64,000 nt of DNA, from contig JBKEBI010000070.1 of the NCBI GenBank assembly GCA_047973085.1, positions 1,338 to 65,337 on the forward strand, read 5' to 3'. The notes under the pieces are model-generated. The model was not told where the DNA came from. It saw nothing but the letters and a program-made list of their open reading frames with translations, and did not search any database. The stretch is from Bacilli bacterium. GTDB lineage: Bacteria; Bacillota_I; Bacilli_A; JBKEDG01. The translations under genes were made by a program, and so were the position numbers. Each line of letters opens with the position of its first letter. The first letter of the stretch is position 1. Positions 10,116 through 21,747 of the stretch are shown here, one piece after another.

Positions 10116-13100
10116 TTATATCATTTCGTTTTCAATATCATTTAATACATTGATGAATCCATCTTTAAATTCTTCTTCATCCTCTAACTTCTCACTCATA
10201 ATTTCCTGGATTTCTTCACGTTCAAAGCTATTAGAAGAAGGGTGCTCATCTACATCAATAAGTTCTACTTCTTCGTTATGTTCATTAAGCATTGTAACAT
10301 CAAGAGCAAGTGACTGTAATTCTTTTACAAGAACTCTAAATGACTCTGGAATTCCTGGTCTTGGTACAGACTCACCTTTAACAAGTGATTCGTAAACTTT
10401 AACACGTCCCATAATATCATCAGATTTAACAGTAAGAATTTCTTGCAGTGTATAAGCAGCACCATATGCTTCAAGTGCCCACACTTCCATCTCACCAAAA
10501 CGTTGCCCACCAAACTGAGCTTTACCTCCAAGTGGTTGCTGCGTAACAAGTGAATATGGACCAGTACTTCTCGCATGAAGCTTGTCATCAACCATATGTG
10601 CAAGTTTAATCATATGCATAATTCCAACTGCTACTCTATTATCAAACTTCTCACCAGTTCTACCATCATACAAATCAATTTTACCATCGGCATCAAGACC
10701 CGCTTCAGCCATTAATTCATAAATTTCATCTTTAGTTGCACCTTCAAATACAGGAGTAGCAATATGTAAATCTAAGCTTTCAGCTGCCATACCTAAATGC
10801 AGCTCTAGAATTTGTCCAATATTCATACGCGAAGGTACCCCTAGTGGATTAAGCATAATATCAACAGGAGTTCCATCAGGCATGTACGGCATATCTTCTT
10901 CAGGTAAAACAAGAGAAATAACACCTTTATTACCATGACGCCCAGCCATTTTATCCCCAACAGAAATCTTTCTCTTTTGAGCAATATATACTCTTATAAC
11001 TTCACTTACACCTGGACTTAAATCAACACCTTCATCAGTGTTTTTGAATATTTTAACATCATGAATAACCCCTGCACTCCCGTGAGGAACTCGTAGTGAA
11101 GTATCTCTAACTTCTCTCGTTTTCTCACCAAAAATAGCATGAAGCAAGCGTTCTTCACTTGATAAATCTGTAACCCCTTTAGGTGTAACCTTACCAACTA
11201 AAATATCTCCGTCACCAACTTCAGTACCAATCATAATAATTCCACGTTCATCTAAATATTTAGTATTATTTTCACCAACATTTGGAATATCACGTGTTAT
11301 TTCTTCTGCACCTAATTTGGTAATTCTTGACTCAATTTCGTAGCTTTCAATGTGAATTGAAGTATATACATCATCTTTTACTAAACGCTCAGATATAATT
11401 ACAGCATCCTCATAGTTATATCCATTCCAAGTCATAAATGCTACTTTAACATCTTGACCCAATGCAAGTTGTCCATTTTCACAACTTGGTCCATCAGCTA
11501 AAATATCTCCAACTTTAACATGTTGGCCAACACTTACAATTGGTACTTGATTATATGATGTACCTTGATTACTTCTACCATATTTAATCATCTTATATTC
11601 ATGAATTCCATCTGAAGATCGTACTTTGATAATTTTTGAATCAACATACTCAACATATCCATCAATCTCATTGATAATACATACACCACTATCTTTAATT
11701 GCCTTATGTTCCATTCCTGTACCTACTCTTGGAGTTTTAGGCTTAAGTAATGGTAATGCTTGACGTTGCATATTTGCTCCAAGCAATGCACGAGCAGGAT
11801 CATCATGCTCAAGAAACGGAATACATGCAGTAACAACTGATACAATTTGTTTTGGACTCACATCAACAAAGTCAATTTTATTTTTATTAACAAGAATATT
11901 TTCACCACGATACCTAGCAACAATATTCTCTTCTAAAATATTATTATTTTCATCCATTTTCACGTTTGCTTGTGCAACAACATAATTTTTCTCTTCATCT
12001 GCAGTCAAATATTCAATTTCATCAGTAACAACTAAATCTTTAACCTTGCGATATGGAGTTTGTACAAAACCATATTGATTAATTCTAGCATATGAAGCAA
12101 GCGAATTAATTAGTCCAATATTTGGTCCCTCAGGTGTTTCAATTGGACAAATTCTTCCGTAATGAGAATAATGAACATCACGAACTTCTAGACCAGCTCT
12201 ATCTCTTGTAAGACCTCCAGGTCCTAGAGCAGAAACTCTTCTCTTATGCGTAAGCTCAGCAAGTGGATTAGTTTGATCCATAAATTGAGACAATTGACTA
12301 CTTCCAAAAAATTCTTTAATTACTGCAGTAATTGGACGAATATTAATCAACGACTTTGGAGCTACAACATCAATTTCTTGCGTTGACATACGCTCTTTAA
12401 CAACACGTTCCATACGTGTTAAACCTATTCTAAATTGATTTTGAAGCAACTCTCCAACTGATCTAATTCTTCTGTTTCCTAAATGATCAATCTCATCAAT
12501 TTTCCCAACTCCTTCTTGAATATTTAAATAATAACTAAAAGAAGCAATAATATCACTAATTGTCACATGTTTTTTTGTTAAAGTTTGATCACAACCAATA
12601 ACTTTTATTTTTCTTTTACCTTCAGGATCAGCAGGTGAATAAATTTCAATAACTTGAACACGATTACTATCTTCTAAATCATTATTTAGATTTATATCAA
12701 CCATTCCGTATCCTTCATTTAAAATTGGTTCTAACTCATTTAATAACTCTGAAGTAATTAAGTCCCCATCTCTTGCAATAACAGTTTTTCCCACTTTAAT
12801 ATCTTGAGCTAAAATTTGACCTTGCAAACGGTCAGTAATATTTAACTTTTTATTAAATTTATAACGCCCTACAGAACTTAAATCGTATCTTCTATCATCA
12901 AAGAAACGAGCAATCATAAGACTTCTAGAAGAATCTACTGTAGCTGGCTCTCCTGGTCTAAGTTTTTCATACAAACTAATTAATGCTTCTTCAACACTTG
13001 TAGTATCGTCTTTAGCTAATGTATTCTCTAATGAAGCATAATCACCAAATAATTCTGTCATTTGTGCATCACTAACAAGACCTAAAACACGTAAAAACAA

Positions 13101-13703
13101 TGTTGCAGGCATCTTTCTAGTACGATCAATCCTAATGTTAATCACATCTTTTGAATCAAGTTCAAATTCTAACCATGTCCCACGATTTGGAATAATATTA
13201 CAATTAAAAACTTTTCGCCCACTTTTATCTGTTTCCAAACCAAAATACACACTTGGACTTCTTACCAACTGCGATACAATTACTCTTTCTGTTCCGTTTA
13301 TAATGAACGTTCCAGCAGGTGTCATTAGAGGAATATCACCTAAGAAAACATTCTGTTCTTTTATTTCTTTTAACTGTTTCACACCATCAATAGTTTCATA
13401 AATTGTCAATCTAACTAAAACATTTAATCGTGCACTATAGTTTAAATCTTTTTCCTTACATTCAAACGGAGAATATGGTGGTTCACCTACTTCACAATCA
13501 ATAAAATCCATACTTAAATTACCAGCAAAATCTGTAATTGGACTCATCTCATTCAGAATTTCCATAATCCCATCTTTCAAAAACCACTTAAATGACTCTA
13601 ACTGTACTTCAATTAAATTTGGCAGTTCTAAACCACTTTTAATTTTAGAATAACTCTTTCTTTCAATATACTTTTTACTTTCTTCAACAACACTATTAGG
13701 CAT
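10116..13703 (-). CDS. rpoB: DNA-directed RNA polymerase subunit beta
   Basis: 1195 aa with conserved RpoB blocks, sitting immediately upstream of rpoC. Confidence 0.97.
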   Translation of the reverse strand: MPNSVVEESKKYIERKSYSKIKSGLELPNLIEVQLESFKWFLKDGIMEILNEMSPITDFAGNLSMDFIDCEVGEPPYSPFECKEKDLNYSARLNVLVRLTIYETIDGVKQLKEIKEQNVFLGDIPLMTPAGTFIINGTERVIVSQLVRSPSVYFGLETDKSGRKVFNCNIIPNRGTWLEFELDSKDVINIRIDRTRKMPATLFLRVLGLVSDAQMTELFGDYASLENTLAKDDTTSVEEALISLYEKLRPGEPATVDSSRSLMIARFFDDRRYDLSSVGRYKFNKKLNITDRLQGQILAQDIKVGKTVIARDGDLITSELLNELEPILNEGYGMVDINLNNDLEDSNRVQVIEIYSPADPEGKRKIKVIGCDQTLTKKHVTISDIIASFSYYLNIQEGVGKIDEIDHLGNRRIRSVGELLQNQFRIGLTRMERVVKERMSTQEIDVVAPKSLINIRPITAVIKEFFGSSQLSQFMDQTNPLAELTHKRRVSALGPGGLTRDRAGLEVRDVHYSHYGRICPIETPEGPNIGLINSLASYARINQYGFVQTPYRKVKDLVVTDEIEYLTADEEKNYVVAQANVKMDENNNILEENIVARYRGENILVNKNKIDFVDVSPKQIVSVVTACIPFLEHDDPARALLGANMQRQALPLLKPKTPRVGTGMEHKAIKDSGVCIINEIDGYVEYVDSKIIKVRSSDGIHEYKMIKYGRSNQGTSYNQVPIVSVGQHVKVGDILADGPSCENGQLALGQDVKVAFMTWNGYNYEDAVIISERLVKDDVYTSIHIESYEIESRITKLGAEEITRDIPNVGENNTKYLDERGIIMIGTEVGDGDILVGKVTPKGVTDLSSEERLLHAIFGEKTREVRDTSLRVPHGSAGVIHDVKIFKNTDEGVDLSPGVSEVIRVYIAQKRKISVGDKMAGRHGNKGVISLVLPEEDMPYMPDGTPVDIMLNPLGVPSRMNIGQILELHLGMAAESLDLHIATPVFEGATKDEIYELMAEAGLDADGKIDLYDGRTGEKFDNRVAVGIMHMIKLAHMVDDKLHARSTGPYSLVTQQPLGGKAQFGGQRFGEMEVWALEAYGAAYTLQEILTVKSDDIMGRVKVYESLVKGESVPRPGIPESFRVLVKELQSLALDVTMLNEHNEEVELIDVDEHPSSNSFEREEIQEIMSEKLEDEEEFKDGFINVLNDIENEMI

Positions 13704-13814
13704 TAAAATCCTCCTTCATTAGAACAAATGTACAAAGCAATCCTATATTAAAGATTACACATTATATTATTATACCTCAAATATAACACAAAAGCAATAC
13801 AAAATATTTAAAGT

Positions 13815-14231
13815 TTAATCTAAGAATCCAATACTTTTCATATTGTCTCTTATTATAATTAATTGTCCATATACATAATCAGCATTAAAATCACTATAAG
13901 AATCAAGCAAAATGCCTATATCTTTAAATATATCAACAGTTTCATTACCAATTGTATATACATTACCCGTTGCTCCACCTGAAGCATTTATTTTCGTAAC
14001 TTTTTCATTAAAAGTAGTAATATAAGACTCATACAATGAAATACATTTTACATATGCAATACTTTTTATTGTTGAATTATATGAATCTAAAAAATCAGTT
14101 TGCTCAGTTGGAATATCATAGCTAGTACCTACTACTGAAGAATCAACTAGCTCACTTGACTTTTTTAAATCTGTATTCCCGCAACCAGTGAATACAAATA
14201 AACTAAGAACTAATACAAATATCTTCTTCAT
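13815..14231 (-). CDS. Lipoprotein, function unknown
   Basis: MKKIFVLVLSLFVFTGCG signal peptide plus lipobox. The start is taken at MKK (SD GGGGAGAA) rather than the ORF-track start at 14264. Confidence 0.45.
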   Translation of the reverse strand: MKKIFVLVLSLFVFTGCGNTDLKKSSELVDSSVVGTSYDIPTEQTDFLDSYNSTIKSIAYVKCISLYESYITTFNEKVTKINASGGATGNVYTIGNETVDIFKDIGILLDSYSDFNADYVYGQLIIIRDNMKSIGFLD

Positions 14232-14232
14232 C

Positions 14233-14871
14233 TTATTCTCCCCACTTCTCATTAAAGTCAGCAATCATATTCTCTAAATCGTTCAATTCATCATCAGTTA
14301 TTTTGAAGTCTTTTTCACACTCAGATATATATACTGTAATATCAGTTACTTCTTTTGATAGTTCATCACCTCTACTGTAGAGCTCTTGAAATTTAGTTCT
14401 TTGCTCTTCTAAAGGCAAATCCACACTAACATCTATGTTATCACCATTTTCAACAGTTTCATATGTACTATTAAACGTTTCAATCAATTCATAAAACTCT
14501 CTACTATTCTTAGTTTCAGTACGCTTTTCAATATCATATGTCTTAGTGTTAATCACTATAAATAATACAGCAGCAATAATTACAGCTGTTAAAAAAATAC
14601 CTCCTACAATAATTCCAATAATTAAACCTTTTTTCTTTTTATTATCTTGTAAAGGTGTTTCTACACTAGCATTAACGTCACTAGGTTTTTTTTCAGAAAC
14701 AATTTCATCAAATGCATCTTCATTTTCTGATCCATCACAATTAATTATTTTCAACTCAGACTCAAGTAATGAATATAAGTTCTCTTTTGTAATATTTTCA
14801 TCATATTCAATCTTATTTTCATCAGCAAAGCTTTTTAATTCTTCTAGAGTAGTATCTTTACTTATACTCAT
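14233..14871 (-). CDS. Single-pass membrane protein, function unknown
   Basis: 212 aa with a central TM helix (GLIIGIIVGGIFLTAVIIAAVLFIV). A GGAGGA SD is present. Confidence 0.4.
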   Translation of the reverse strand: MSISKDTTLEELKSFADENKIEYDENITKENLYSLLESELKIINCDGSENEDAFDEIVSEKKPSDVNASVETPLQDNKKKKGLIIGIIVGGIFLTAVIIAAVLFIVINTKTYDIEKRTETKNSREFYELIETFNSTYETVENGDNIDVSVDLPLEEQRTKFQELYSRGDELSKEVTDITVYISECEKDFKITDDELNDLENMIADFNEKWGE

Positions 14872-15163
14872 TTACTATATCCTCCACTTTATCAATTGCC
14901 TCACTGTAGCTTTCTAATTCACTCTTACTGATTTTCCCATCTTTAACAATATCATCTTCTAATTCCTTTATATCAGCATCTACTTTATAGATTGAACTTC
15001 TTAGATTATCTACAGCTTCTTCATCTAATTTTTCAACCTTTTTAGCTACTTCTTCTAAAACTAGCTTTTCATACCTCTCAACTTGCTCATTGTACGCACT
15101 TTCATTTGTACAACCTGTAAACATAAATACTAGCCCTAACAACATCATTACTAATTTCTTCAT
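14858..15163 (-). CDS. Small lipoprotein, function unknown
   Basis: MKKLVMMLLGLVFMFTGC lipobox, with SD AGGGGGAA. Confidence 0.45.
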   Translation of the reverse strand: MKKLVMMLLGLVFMFTGCTNESAYNEQVERYEKLVLEEVAKKVEKLDEEAVDNLRSSIYKVDADIKELEDDIVKDGKISKSELESYSEAIDKVEDIVNEYK

Positions 15164-15173
15164 AAATTCCCCC

Positions 15174-17987
15174 TTATAAATAATTTTTTAAATACTGTCC
15201 TGTATAAGAATTACTATACTTGACAATTTCCTCAGGTGTACCTGTAGCAATAATTACTCCACCACCATCTCCACCTTCTGGGCCTAAATCAATTATATTA
15301 TCTGCCATCTTAATAACATCCAAATTATGTTCAATTACTACTAATGTATCTCCATTATCTGCAATTCTATTTAAAACTCCGATAAGTTTTTTTACATCAT
15401 CAGTATGAAGACCTGTAGTTGGCTCATCTAAAATATATAAGGTTTTACTTGTTGAACGCTTTTGCAATTCTTTAGCAAGTTTCACTCGCTGAGCTTCTCC
15501 ACCTGATAATGTCGGAGCCGCCTGTCCTAGTTTGATATAACTAAGTCCAACATCACTCAATGTATTTAATCCATTTATAATGGATGGTTGATTAGCAAAG
15601 AAATCGCACGCATCTTCTACTGTTAAATCTAATACGTCAGAGATTGAATGCCCTTTAAATTTCACATCCAAAGTTTCACGGTTATAACGCTTTCCTTTAC
15701 ACACTTCACACTCTATATATACATCAGGTAAAAAGTGCATTTCAATTTTTTTTACACCATCACCGTTACATGCCTCACAACGTCCACCTTTTACATTGAA
15801 TGAAAAACGACCTTTTTTATATCCTCTTACTTTTGACTCTGGTAAAGCAGCAAATAAGTCTCTAATCTTATCAAATACTCCAACATATGTAGCGGGATTA
15901 CTTCTTGGTGTTTTACCAATTGGAGATTGAGAAATATTAATTACTTTATCAAGATTTTCAACTCCACTTACACTTTTGTGAGCTCCAACATCATGCTTTG
16001 CTCTATTTACCTCATTAGCTACAACTTTATATAAAATTTCATTAACTAAAGTACTCTTTCCACTTCCACTAACTCCTGTAACACAATTAAACATTCCCAA
16101 TGGAAAAGTTACATTTATATTTTTCAAATTATTTTCACTGGCACCTTTTATAGCAAGTTTTTTTGAGTTACCAGACCTTCTAGATTCTGGGACATCTATC
16201 TTTTCTCTACCACTTAAATATCTACCAGTAATAGAATCTTCAGCATTTAAAATTTCATCATACGTACCAGCAAATACTATTTCTCCCCCACTACGTCCAG
16301 CACCCGGACCGATATCTACAATATAGTCACATGATTTCATTGTATCCTCATCATGCTCGACTACAACTAAGGTATTTCCAAGTTCTGTCATAGCACGAAG
16401 TGAGGCAATTAAACGATCATTATCTCGCTGGTGAAGGCCAATAGATGGCTCATCAAGCACATAGAGAACTCCTGTTAATTGACTTCCTACTTGAGTAGCA
16501 AGTCTAATACGTTGAGATTCCCCACCAGATAGTGTTCCTGCTTCCCTTTCAAGTGTTAAATATGTAAGTCCTACATTTACTAAAAACTCAAGTCTTGAAA
16601 CTATCTCTTTTAAAATAAGTCTAGCAATTGATTCTTGTTTTGGAGTTAATTCTAAATCTTTCATAAATTCTAAACCGTTACTTATACTAAGTGTAGTAAA
16701 CTCATAAATATTTTTCCCACCTACAAGAACGCTTAAAACTTCACTTTTAAGCCTTGATCCATTACATTTATTACATTTATGATTTTTCATAAACCCTTCA
16801 TAGTAATCTCTCATATAAGAACTAGAAGTTTCTAAATACCTTCGTTCAAGTCCTTTAATTATTCCTTCAAATTTTTCCTTGCTACTTCTTGTACCACTTT
16901 TTGAAGTAAAACTAAACTCAATTTCATCTGGAGTACCATACATTAAATAGTCCAATTCTTTTTTACTTAAATCTTCTACAGATTTTGTTAAATCTATATC
17001 ATAATAATCTGCAACTGCTTGCAACATTTGAATATAAATCCCTGATTCATTCATTTTAAAAGTAGCAATTGCTCCATCCATAATACTTTTACTTCTATCT
17101 GGAATAACTAAATCTATATCCATTTCTAGCTTAACTCCTAGACCCTTACACTCTTCACATGCTCCAAGTGGTGCATTGAAAGAGAATAATCTGGGCTCAA
17201 GTTCTGGAATTACAAAGTCACAATGCTTGCAAGCATAGTTTTCACTAAATATATGCCTAGTTTCATCAACAATATCAATAATTACGTTTCCATCACCTTT
17301 CTTCAAAGCTATTTCAACTGAGTCAGTAAGCCTAGAAACAATTTCTGGTTTAATAACAAGTCTGTCTACTATTAATTCAATAGTATGCTTCTTATTCTTT
17401 TCTAAAACAATTTCTTCATCTAAATCTCTTTGTTCTCCATTTACAATTACTCTCCTAAATCCATCTTTTTTTAAATCTTCAAATAGTTTTGAATGTGTAC
17501 CCTTCTGTCTACTGATAATTGGGCTAATAACTTGAATTTTTGATTTTTCTGGAAAACTAAGAATTTTATCAACAATCTCCTCAATCGTTTGAGGGATAAT
17601 AGGTTCTTTATGAACAGGACAATAAGCAGTTCCAATTCTAGCATACAAGAGTCTTAAGTAATCATAAATCTCCGTTATTGTACCGACAGTACTTCTTGGA
17701 TTTTTATTTGTAGACTTTTGATCGATACTAATTGCTGGAGAAAGACCATCAATAGAATCAACATCTGGCTTCTCACTATTACCTAAAAACTGCCTAGCAT
17801 AAGCACTTAAGCTTTCAACATATCTACGTTGACCTTCAGCATAAATTGTATCAAAAGCAAGTGAGCTTTTACCACTCCCACTTACTCCAGTCATAACAAT
17901 AAACTTATCTTTTGGAATACTTATATCAACATTTTTTAAATTATTTTCCCGAGCACCTTTTACTACTATTTCATTTATTTTCATCAT
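15174..17987 (-). CDS. uvrA: Excinuclease ABC subunit A
   Basis: 937 aa with two ABC modules and zinc-finger cysteines. The N-terminus MMKINEIVVKGARENNLKNVDISIPKDKFIVMTGVSGSGKSS is canonical UvrA. Confidence 0.95.
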   Translation of the reverse strand: MMKINEIVVKGARENNLKNVDISIPKDKFIVMTGVSGSGKSSLAFDTIYAEGQRRYVESLSAYARQFLGNSEKPDVDSIDGLSPAISIDQKSTNKNPRSTVGTITEIYDYLRLLYARIGTAYCPVHKEPIIPQTIEEIVDKILSFPEKSKIQVISPIISRQKGTHSKLFEDLKKDGFRRVIVNGEQRDLDEEIVLEKNKKHTIELIVDRLVIKPEIVSRLTDSVEIALKKGDGNVIIDIVDETRHIFSENYACKHCDFVIPELEPRLFSFNAPLGACEECKGLGVKLEMDIDLVIPDRSKSIMDGAIATFKMNESGIYIQMLQAVADYYDIDLTKSVEDLSKKELDYLMYGTPDEIEFSFTSKSGTRSSKEKFEGIIKGLERRYLETSSSYMRDYYEGFMKNHKCNKCNGSRLKSEVLSVLVGGKNIYEFTTLSISNGLEFMKDLELTPKQESIARLILKEIVSRLEFLVNVGLTYLTLEREAGTLSGGESQRIRLATQVGSQLTGVLYVLDEPSIGLHQRDNDRLIASLRAMTELGNTLVVVEHDEDTMKSCDYIVDIGPGAGRSGGEIVFAGTYDEILNAEDSITGRYLSGREKIDVPESRRSGNSKKLAIKGASENNLKNINVTFPLGMFNCVTGVSGSGKSTLVNEILYKVVANEVNRAKHDVGAHKSVSGVENLDKVINISQSPIGKTPRSNPATYVGVFDKIRDLFAALPESKVRGYKKGRFSFNVKGGRCEACNGDGVKKIEMHFLPDVYIECEVCKGKRYNRETLDVKFKGHSISDVLDLTVEDACDFFANQPSIINGLNTLSDVGLSYIKLGQAAPTLSGGEAQRVKLAKELQKRSTSKTLYILDEPTTGLHTDDVKKLIGVLNRIADNGDTLVVIEHNLDVIKMADNIIDLGPEGGDGGGVIIATGTPEEIVKYSNSYTGQYLKNYL

Positions 17988-20900
17988 TTCACATCCATAT
18001 CATATATATTAATTAATTCTAATAAATCATCTTTCCAACACGAAGTTTTTCCTCTATCTATTATAACATAAATTTTAGACATTTTATTAACCAACCTCAC
18101 TTGCCTACCAACTTTTGTAGCAGCCTCTAAGAGCTTAATTCCATCAATATTATTTCTTGTAAATTCAAGCGTTATCAGTAGCTTTTTTTCTTCAATTTTT
18201 TTTAATCCAAAATTATTAATTTTAACATTAAAAAGCACATCTTTCATATATTCTTCTACTTTATTTGGAATCTTTCCATAAATATCACTTATTTCTTCAT
18301 AAACTATACTATAACTTTCATCATCAGTTATTGTTTGAATTTTTTTATGAATTGCAAGTTTTAAATCATCATTTGAAACATATTCACTTGGAATATGATT
18401 TGAATATGCTGTGAGAGGAAGTCTATTTACAATATCAATACTCGCTTCTCCCTTTTTAGTATCAATTACATCTTTCAACATTTTCATATATAGGTCAAAC
18501 CCAACGGTATCGATAAAACCAGTTTGCTCTGCTCCAAGTACATCTCCTGCTCCTCTAATTGATAAATCTCTAGATGCAATTTTAAATCCACTACCAAGTG
18601 ATGTGAAATTTTTAATTGCTTCAAGTCTAGCAATTGCAGTAGTAGTTAAAGCTTTAGAAGCATTGTATGTTAAATATGCGTACGCTATATTATCACTTCT
18701 TCCTACTCTTCCTCTTATTTGATACAATTGAGAAAGCCCAAACTTATCTGCATCTAATACAATTAAAGTATTGGCATTAGCTATATCTATACCCGTTTCA
18801 ATTATAGTAGTTGCAATCAGTACATTAAATTCATTATTATTAAAATTAAAAAAAACTTCCTCAATTTGTTCTTTAGTCATTTTACTATTAACTACCTCTG
18901 CTCTTACATTTTCTAGCTTGTTTTCAATCAGCTTCTTAATCTTATTTTGAGAAGAAATCATATTGCATAAAATAAATACTTGTCCAGAACGTGAAACTTC
19001 TTTTTTTATCGCCTCAAAAACAACTTCATCACTATACTCAATAACATATGTTTGGATAGGGAAGCGGTTTATCGGAGCAGTTTCAATAACTGACAATCCA
19101 CGAATTCCTAAAAGTGACATTTGAAGAGTTCTTGGAATTGGTGTAGCAGTCAATGTTAAAACATCTACATTAACCTTAATTTCCTTAATTTTCTCTTTGT
19201 GTTCTACACCAAAGCGCTGTTCTTCATCTACAATTAGCAACCCTAAATCTTTATATTCAATATTTGAATTTAGTAAGCTGTGTGTTCCTATAATAAAATC
19301 TATATGACCAGATTTTAACTTTTGATAAACTTCTTCTTTCTTTTTAGATGTAGTAAATCTATTCAAGATAGCAATATTTATTGGAACATTGCTAAATCTT
19401 TTTAAAGCATTTTCATATTGCTGAATAGAAAGTACTGTGGTTGGACATAAATAAGCTACCTGTTTGCTATTATCCATCGCCTTATATGCAGCTCTAAATG
19501 CAACCTCAGTCTTTCCAAATCCAACATCACCACATAACAACCTATCCATAGGAGTATTACTTTCCATATCAATCTTAATCTCATTAATAGCCTTTATTTG
19601 ATCTCTTGTCGGTTCAAATTCAAACTCATTTTCAAAAACTAGAGCATCTACACTATCTTCAGAACAAGCAAAGCCAGAAACGGAATTTCTTTTAGCATAA
19701 ATATCCAAAAGCTTTTGGGCCATTTCTTCCATTCTTCCACGAATCTTTCGCTTAGTCTTTTCCCATTCAACTCCACCCAAAGTATTTATTTTAGGTTCAT
19801 AAGTTGAGTCACTACTATATTTTTGAATTAAATTTATTTGCTCAATAGGTACATATAACCTATCCCCTTTTTTATAACTAACTTCAAAAAAATCATTAGA
19901 AATCTCACCATTACCTGCTTGACTAACAATAGTTTTTATTCCTTCATATCTCCCTATCCCATGTTTTTCATGAACAATATAATTACCTTTTTGTAACTCC
20001 TCGATATCTCTAATTTTTTGAGAAAATTTAAATTTGTTTGAATATTTTTTATATACAATAGTTTTATTAAAAATTGTATAACTATTAATAATGCAAATTT
20101 TTCTATCAGAAAAATCAACACTTTCAGCAACATGTGAAATAACAATATTTAGTTTACTATAATCTAGTTCATCTTCACTAGAAACAATTTTATAATCTAT
20201 CTTTAAATTACTAATAATTGTTTCAACCTGATTTCTAGAGTCAAGAGAAATAACAACTAAATAATTATCCTTTAGTTTATATGTAACAAAGTTTCTTAAA
20301 TATTCAAAATTATTATTAAAAGAATCAATAACTTCACTCCTATAAAAAACTTTCTCAACATTTAAATTAATATCGGTATCTACACCAACTAAAAAACAAT
20401 TAAAATTAGACTTATTGAAAACATTTGAAAAATTATTGCTATTCAAATACCTACTATTAATTCTATTATAATCAACAACAATATTATATCCATTTACATA
20501 TTCATTTATTGTAGAAAAATTTGTCTCATCTTTATAACAATCAGCATTTGGAAAAATTGTAGCACTTTCAATATTTTCAATACTTCTTTGAGTAACTAAA
20601 TCAAATTTTCTAATTGATTCAACCTCATCACCCCAAAATTCAATTCTAATTGGATTATCAGTATTTTCAAGGTAAATATCTAAAATATGCCCTCTAAAAG
20701 AAAACTCACCTGTTTGAGAAACCATACTGACACGTTCATATAGATTTTCTACTAGAAAATTTTCCAAAATTGAAAAAGAAATTTCATTACCTACACTAAT
20801 TTCAATAATTTCACTTCCATACTTATCAAAATTAATCAAATTATGTAAATAACCCTCAAGAGAAGCTATAACAATATAATTTTCATTTGTCATTAGTTTA

Positions 20901-21184
20901 GATAAAGTATCAAAACGTTCTTGCATAAATTCTGGACTTATTGCATCTGAATTTTCAAATACAATGCTATCCATTGGAAAAGTTAAAATATTTTTAGTAA
21001 GTAAAATAAGCATGTTATATAAATTATTTACATCGGAATTATCATCAACTACAACAAGAATATTATTCTCTAATTTTTTATAACATTCAAAAATATAATT
21101 TGCTTTCATATAATTTGTAAGCCCAAAAACACCTACTTGTGTAGATGTTTTTATCTCATTAAAAAAATTATAAGAAACTGCCAT
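17984..21184 (-). CDS. mfd: Transcription-repair coupling factor
   Basis: 1066 aa with the superfamily-2 helicase motifs LLCGDVGFGKTEVA and DEEQRFGV. It lies downstream of pth, as is typical. Its stop overlaps the uvrA start (ATGA). Confidence 0.9.
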   Translation of the reverse strand: MAVSYNFFNEIKTSTQVGVFGLTNYMKANYIFECYKKLENNILVVVDDNSDVNNLYNMLILLTKNILTFPMDSIVFENSDAISPEFMQERFDTLSKLMTNENYIVIASLEGYLHNLINFDKYGSEIIEISVGNEISFSILENFLVENLYERVSMVSQTGEFSFRGHILDIYLENTDNPIRIEFWGDEVESIRKFDLVTQRSIENIESATIFPNADCYKDETNFSTINEYVNGYNIVVDYNRINSRYLNSNNFSNVFNKSNFNCFLVGVDTDINLNVEKVFYRSEVIDSFNNNFEYLRNFVTYKLKDNYLVVISLDSRNQVETIISNLKIDYKIVSSEDELDYSKLNIVISHVAESVDFSDRKICIINSYTIFNKTIVYKKYSNKFKFSQKIRDIEELQKGNYIVHEKHGIGRYEGIKTIVSQAGNGEISNDFFEVSYKKGDRLYVPIEQINLIQKYSSDSTYEPKINTLGGVEWEKTKRKIRGRMEEMAQKLLDIYAKRNSVSGFACSEDSVDALVFENEFEFEPTRDQIKAINEIKIDMESNTPMDRLLCGDVGFGKTEVAFRAAYKAMDNSKQVAYLCPTTVLSIQQYENALKRFSNVPINIAILNRFTTSKKKEEVYQKLKSGHIDFIIGTHSLLNSNIEYKDLGLLIVDEEQRFGVEHKEKIKEIKVNVDVLTLTATPIPRTLQMSLLGIRGLSVIETAPINRFPIQTYVIEYSDEVVFEAIKKEVSRSGQVFILCNMISSQNKIKKLIENKLENVRAEVVNSKMTKEQIEEVFFNFNNNEFNVLIATTIIETGIDIANANTLIVLDADKFGLSQLYQIRGRVGRSDNIAYAYLTYNASKALTTTAIARLEAIKNFTSLGSGFKIASRDLSIRGAGDVLGAEQTGFIDTVGFDLYMKMLKDVIDTKKGEASIDIVNRLPLTAYSNHIPSEYVSNDDLKLAIHKKIQTITDDESYSIVYEEISDIYGKIPNKVEEYMKDVLFNVKINNFGLKKIEEKKLLITLEFTRNNIDGIKLLEAATKVGRQVRLVNKMSKIYVIIDRGKTSCWKDDLLELINIYDMDVK

Positions 21185-21192
21185 AATAACTC

Positions 21193-21747
21193 CTAATTAT
21201 ATTTTGACCTAAGCGTCAAGAAATCATACTTTACAAAATCTATACAAGCTTCTTTTGCCATTTTTATTTGTGGTATAACCACTTTTAATTCTTCTTCACT
21301 AAATTTACCAAGTACATATTTTATTACTGGAATTTGAGAAGACCTACTAATACCAAATTTCAATCTTTTAAATTCATTAGTTCCTAAATGTTGCTCTATA
21401 GACTTTATTCCATTATGTCCACCATTACTAGATTTCGCTCTAAATCTAAGTCTTCCAACATCTAAATCTAGGTCATCATAAACAACTAAAATATCATCAA
21501 TATTAATTTTGTAAAAATCAACTACAGCCCTAACACTTTCACCACTTAAATTCATAAAAGTTAACGGCTTTAAAATTATTACTTGTTCTTGCCCTACTCT
21601 AACTTTAGCATAATAACCTTTAAATTTTTCATCGTATCTACTAATACCAAACTCTTTAGCAACTTCATCTACAATAACAAATCCAATATTATGTCTTGTA
21701 TTCTCATACTCTCTACCAGGATTTCCTAATCCAACAATTAATTTCAT
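21193..21747 (-). CDS. pth: Peptidyl-tRNA hydrolase
   Basis: MKLIVGLGNPGREYENTRHNIGF. Confidence 0.95.
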   Translation of the reverse strand: MKLIVGLGNPGREYENTRHNIGFVIVDEVAKEFGISRYDEKFKGYYAKVRVGQEQVIILKPLTFMNLSGESVRAVVDFYKINIDDILVVYDDLDLDVGRLRFRAKSSNGGHNGIKSIEQHLGTNEFKRLKFGISRSSQIPVIKYVLGKFSEEELKVVIPQIKMAKEACIDFVKYDFLTLRSKYN

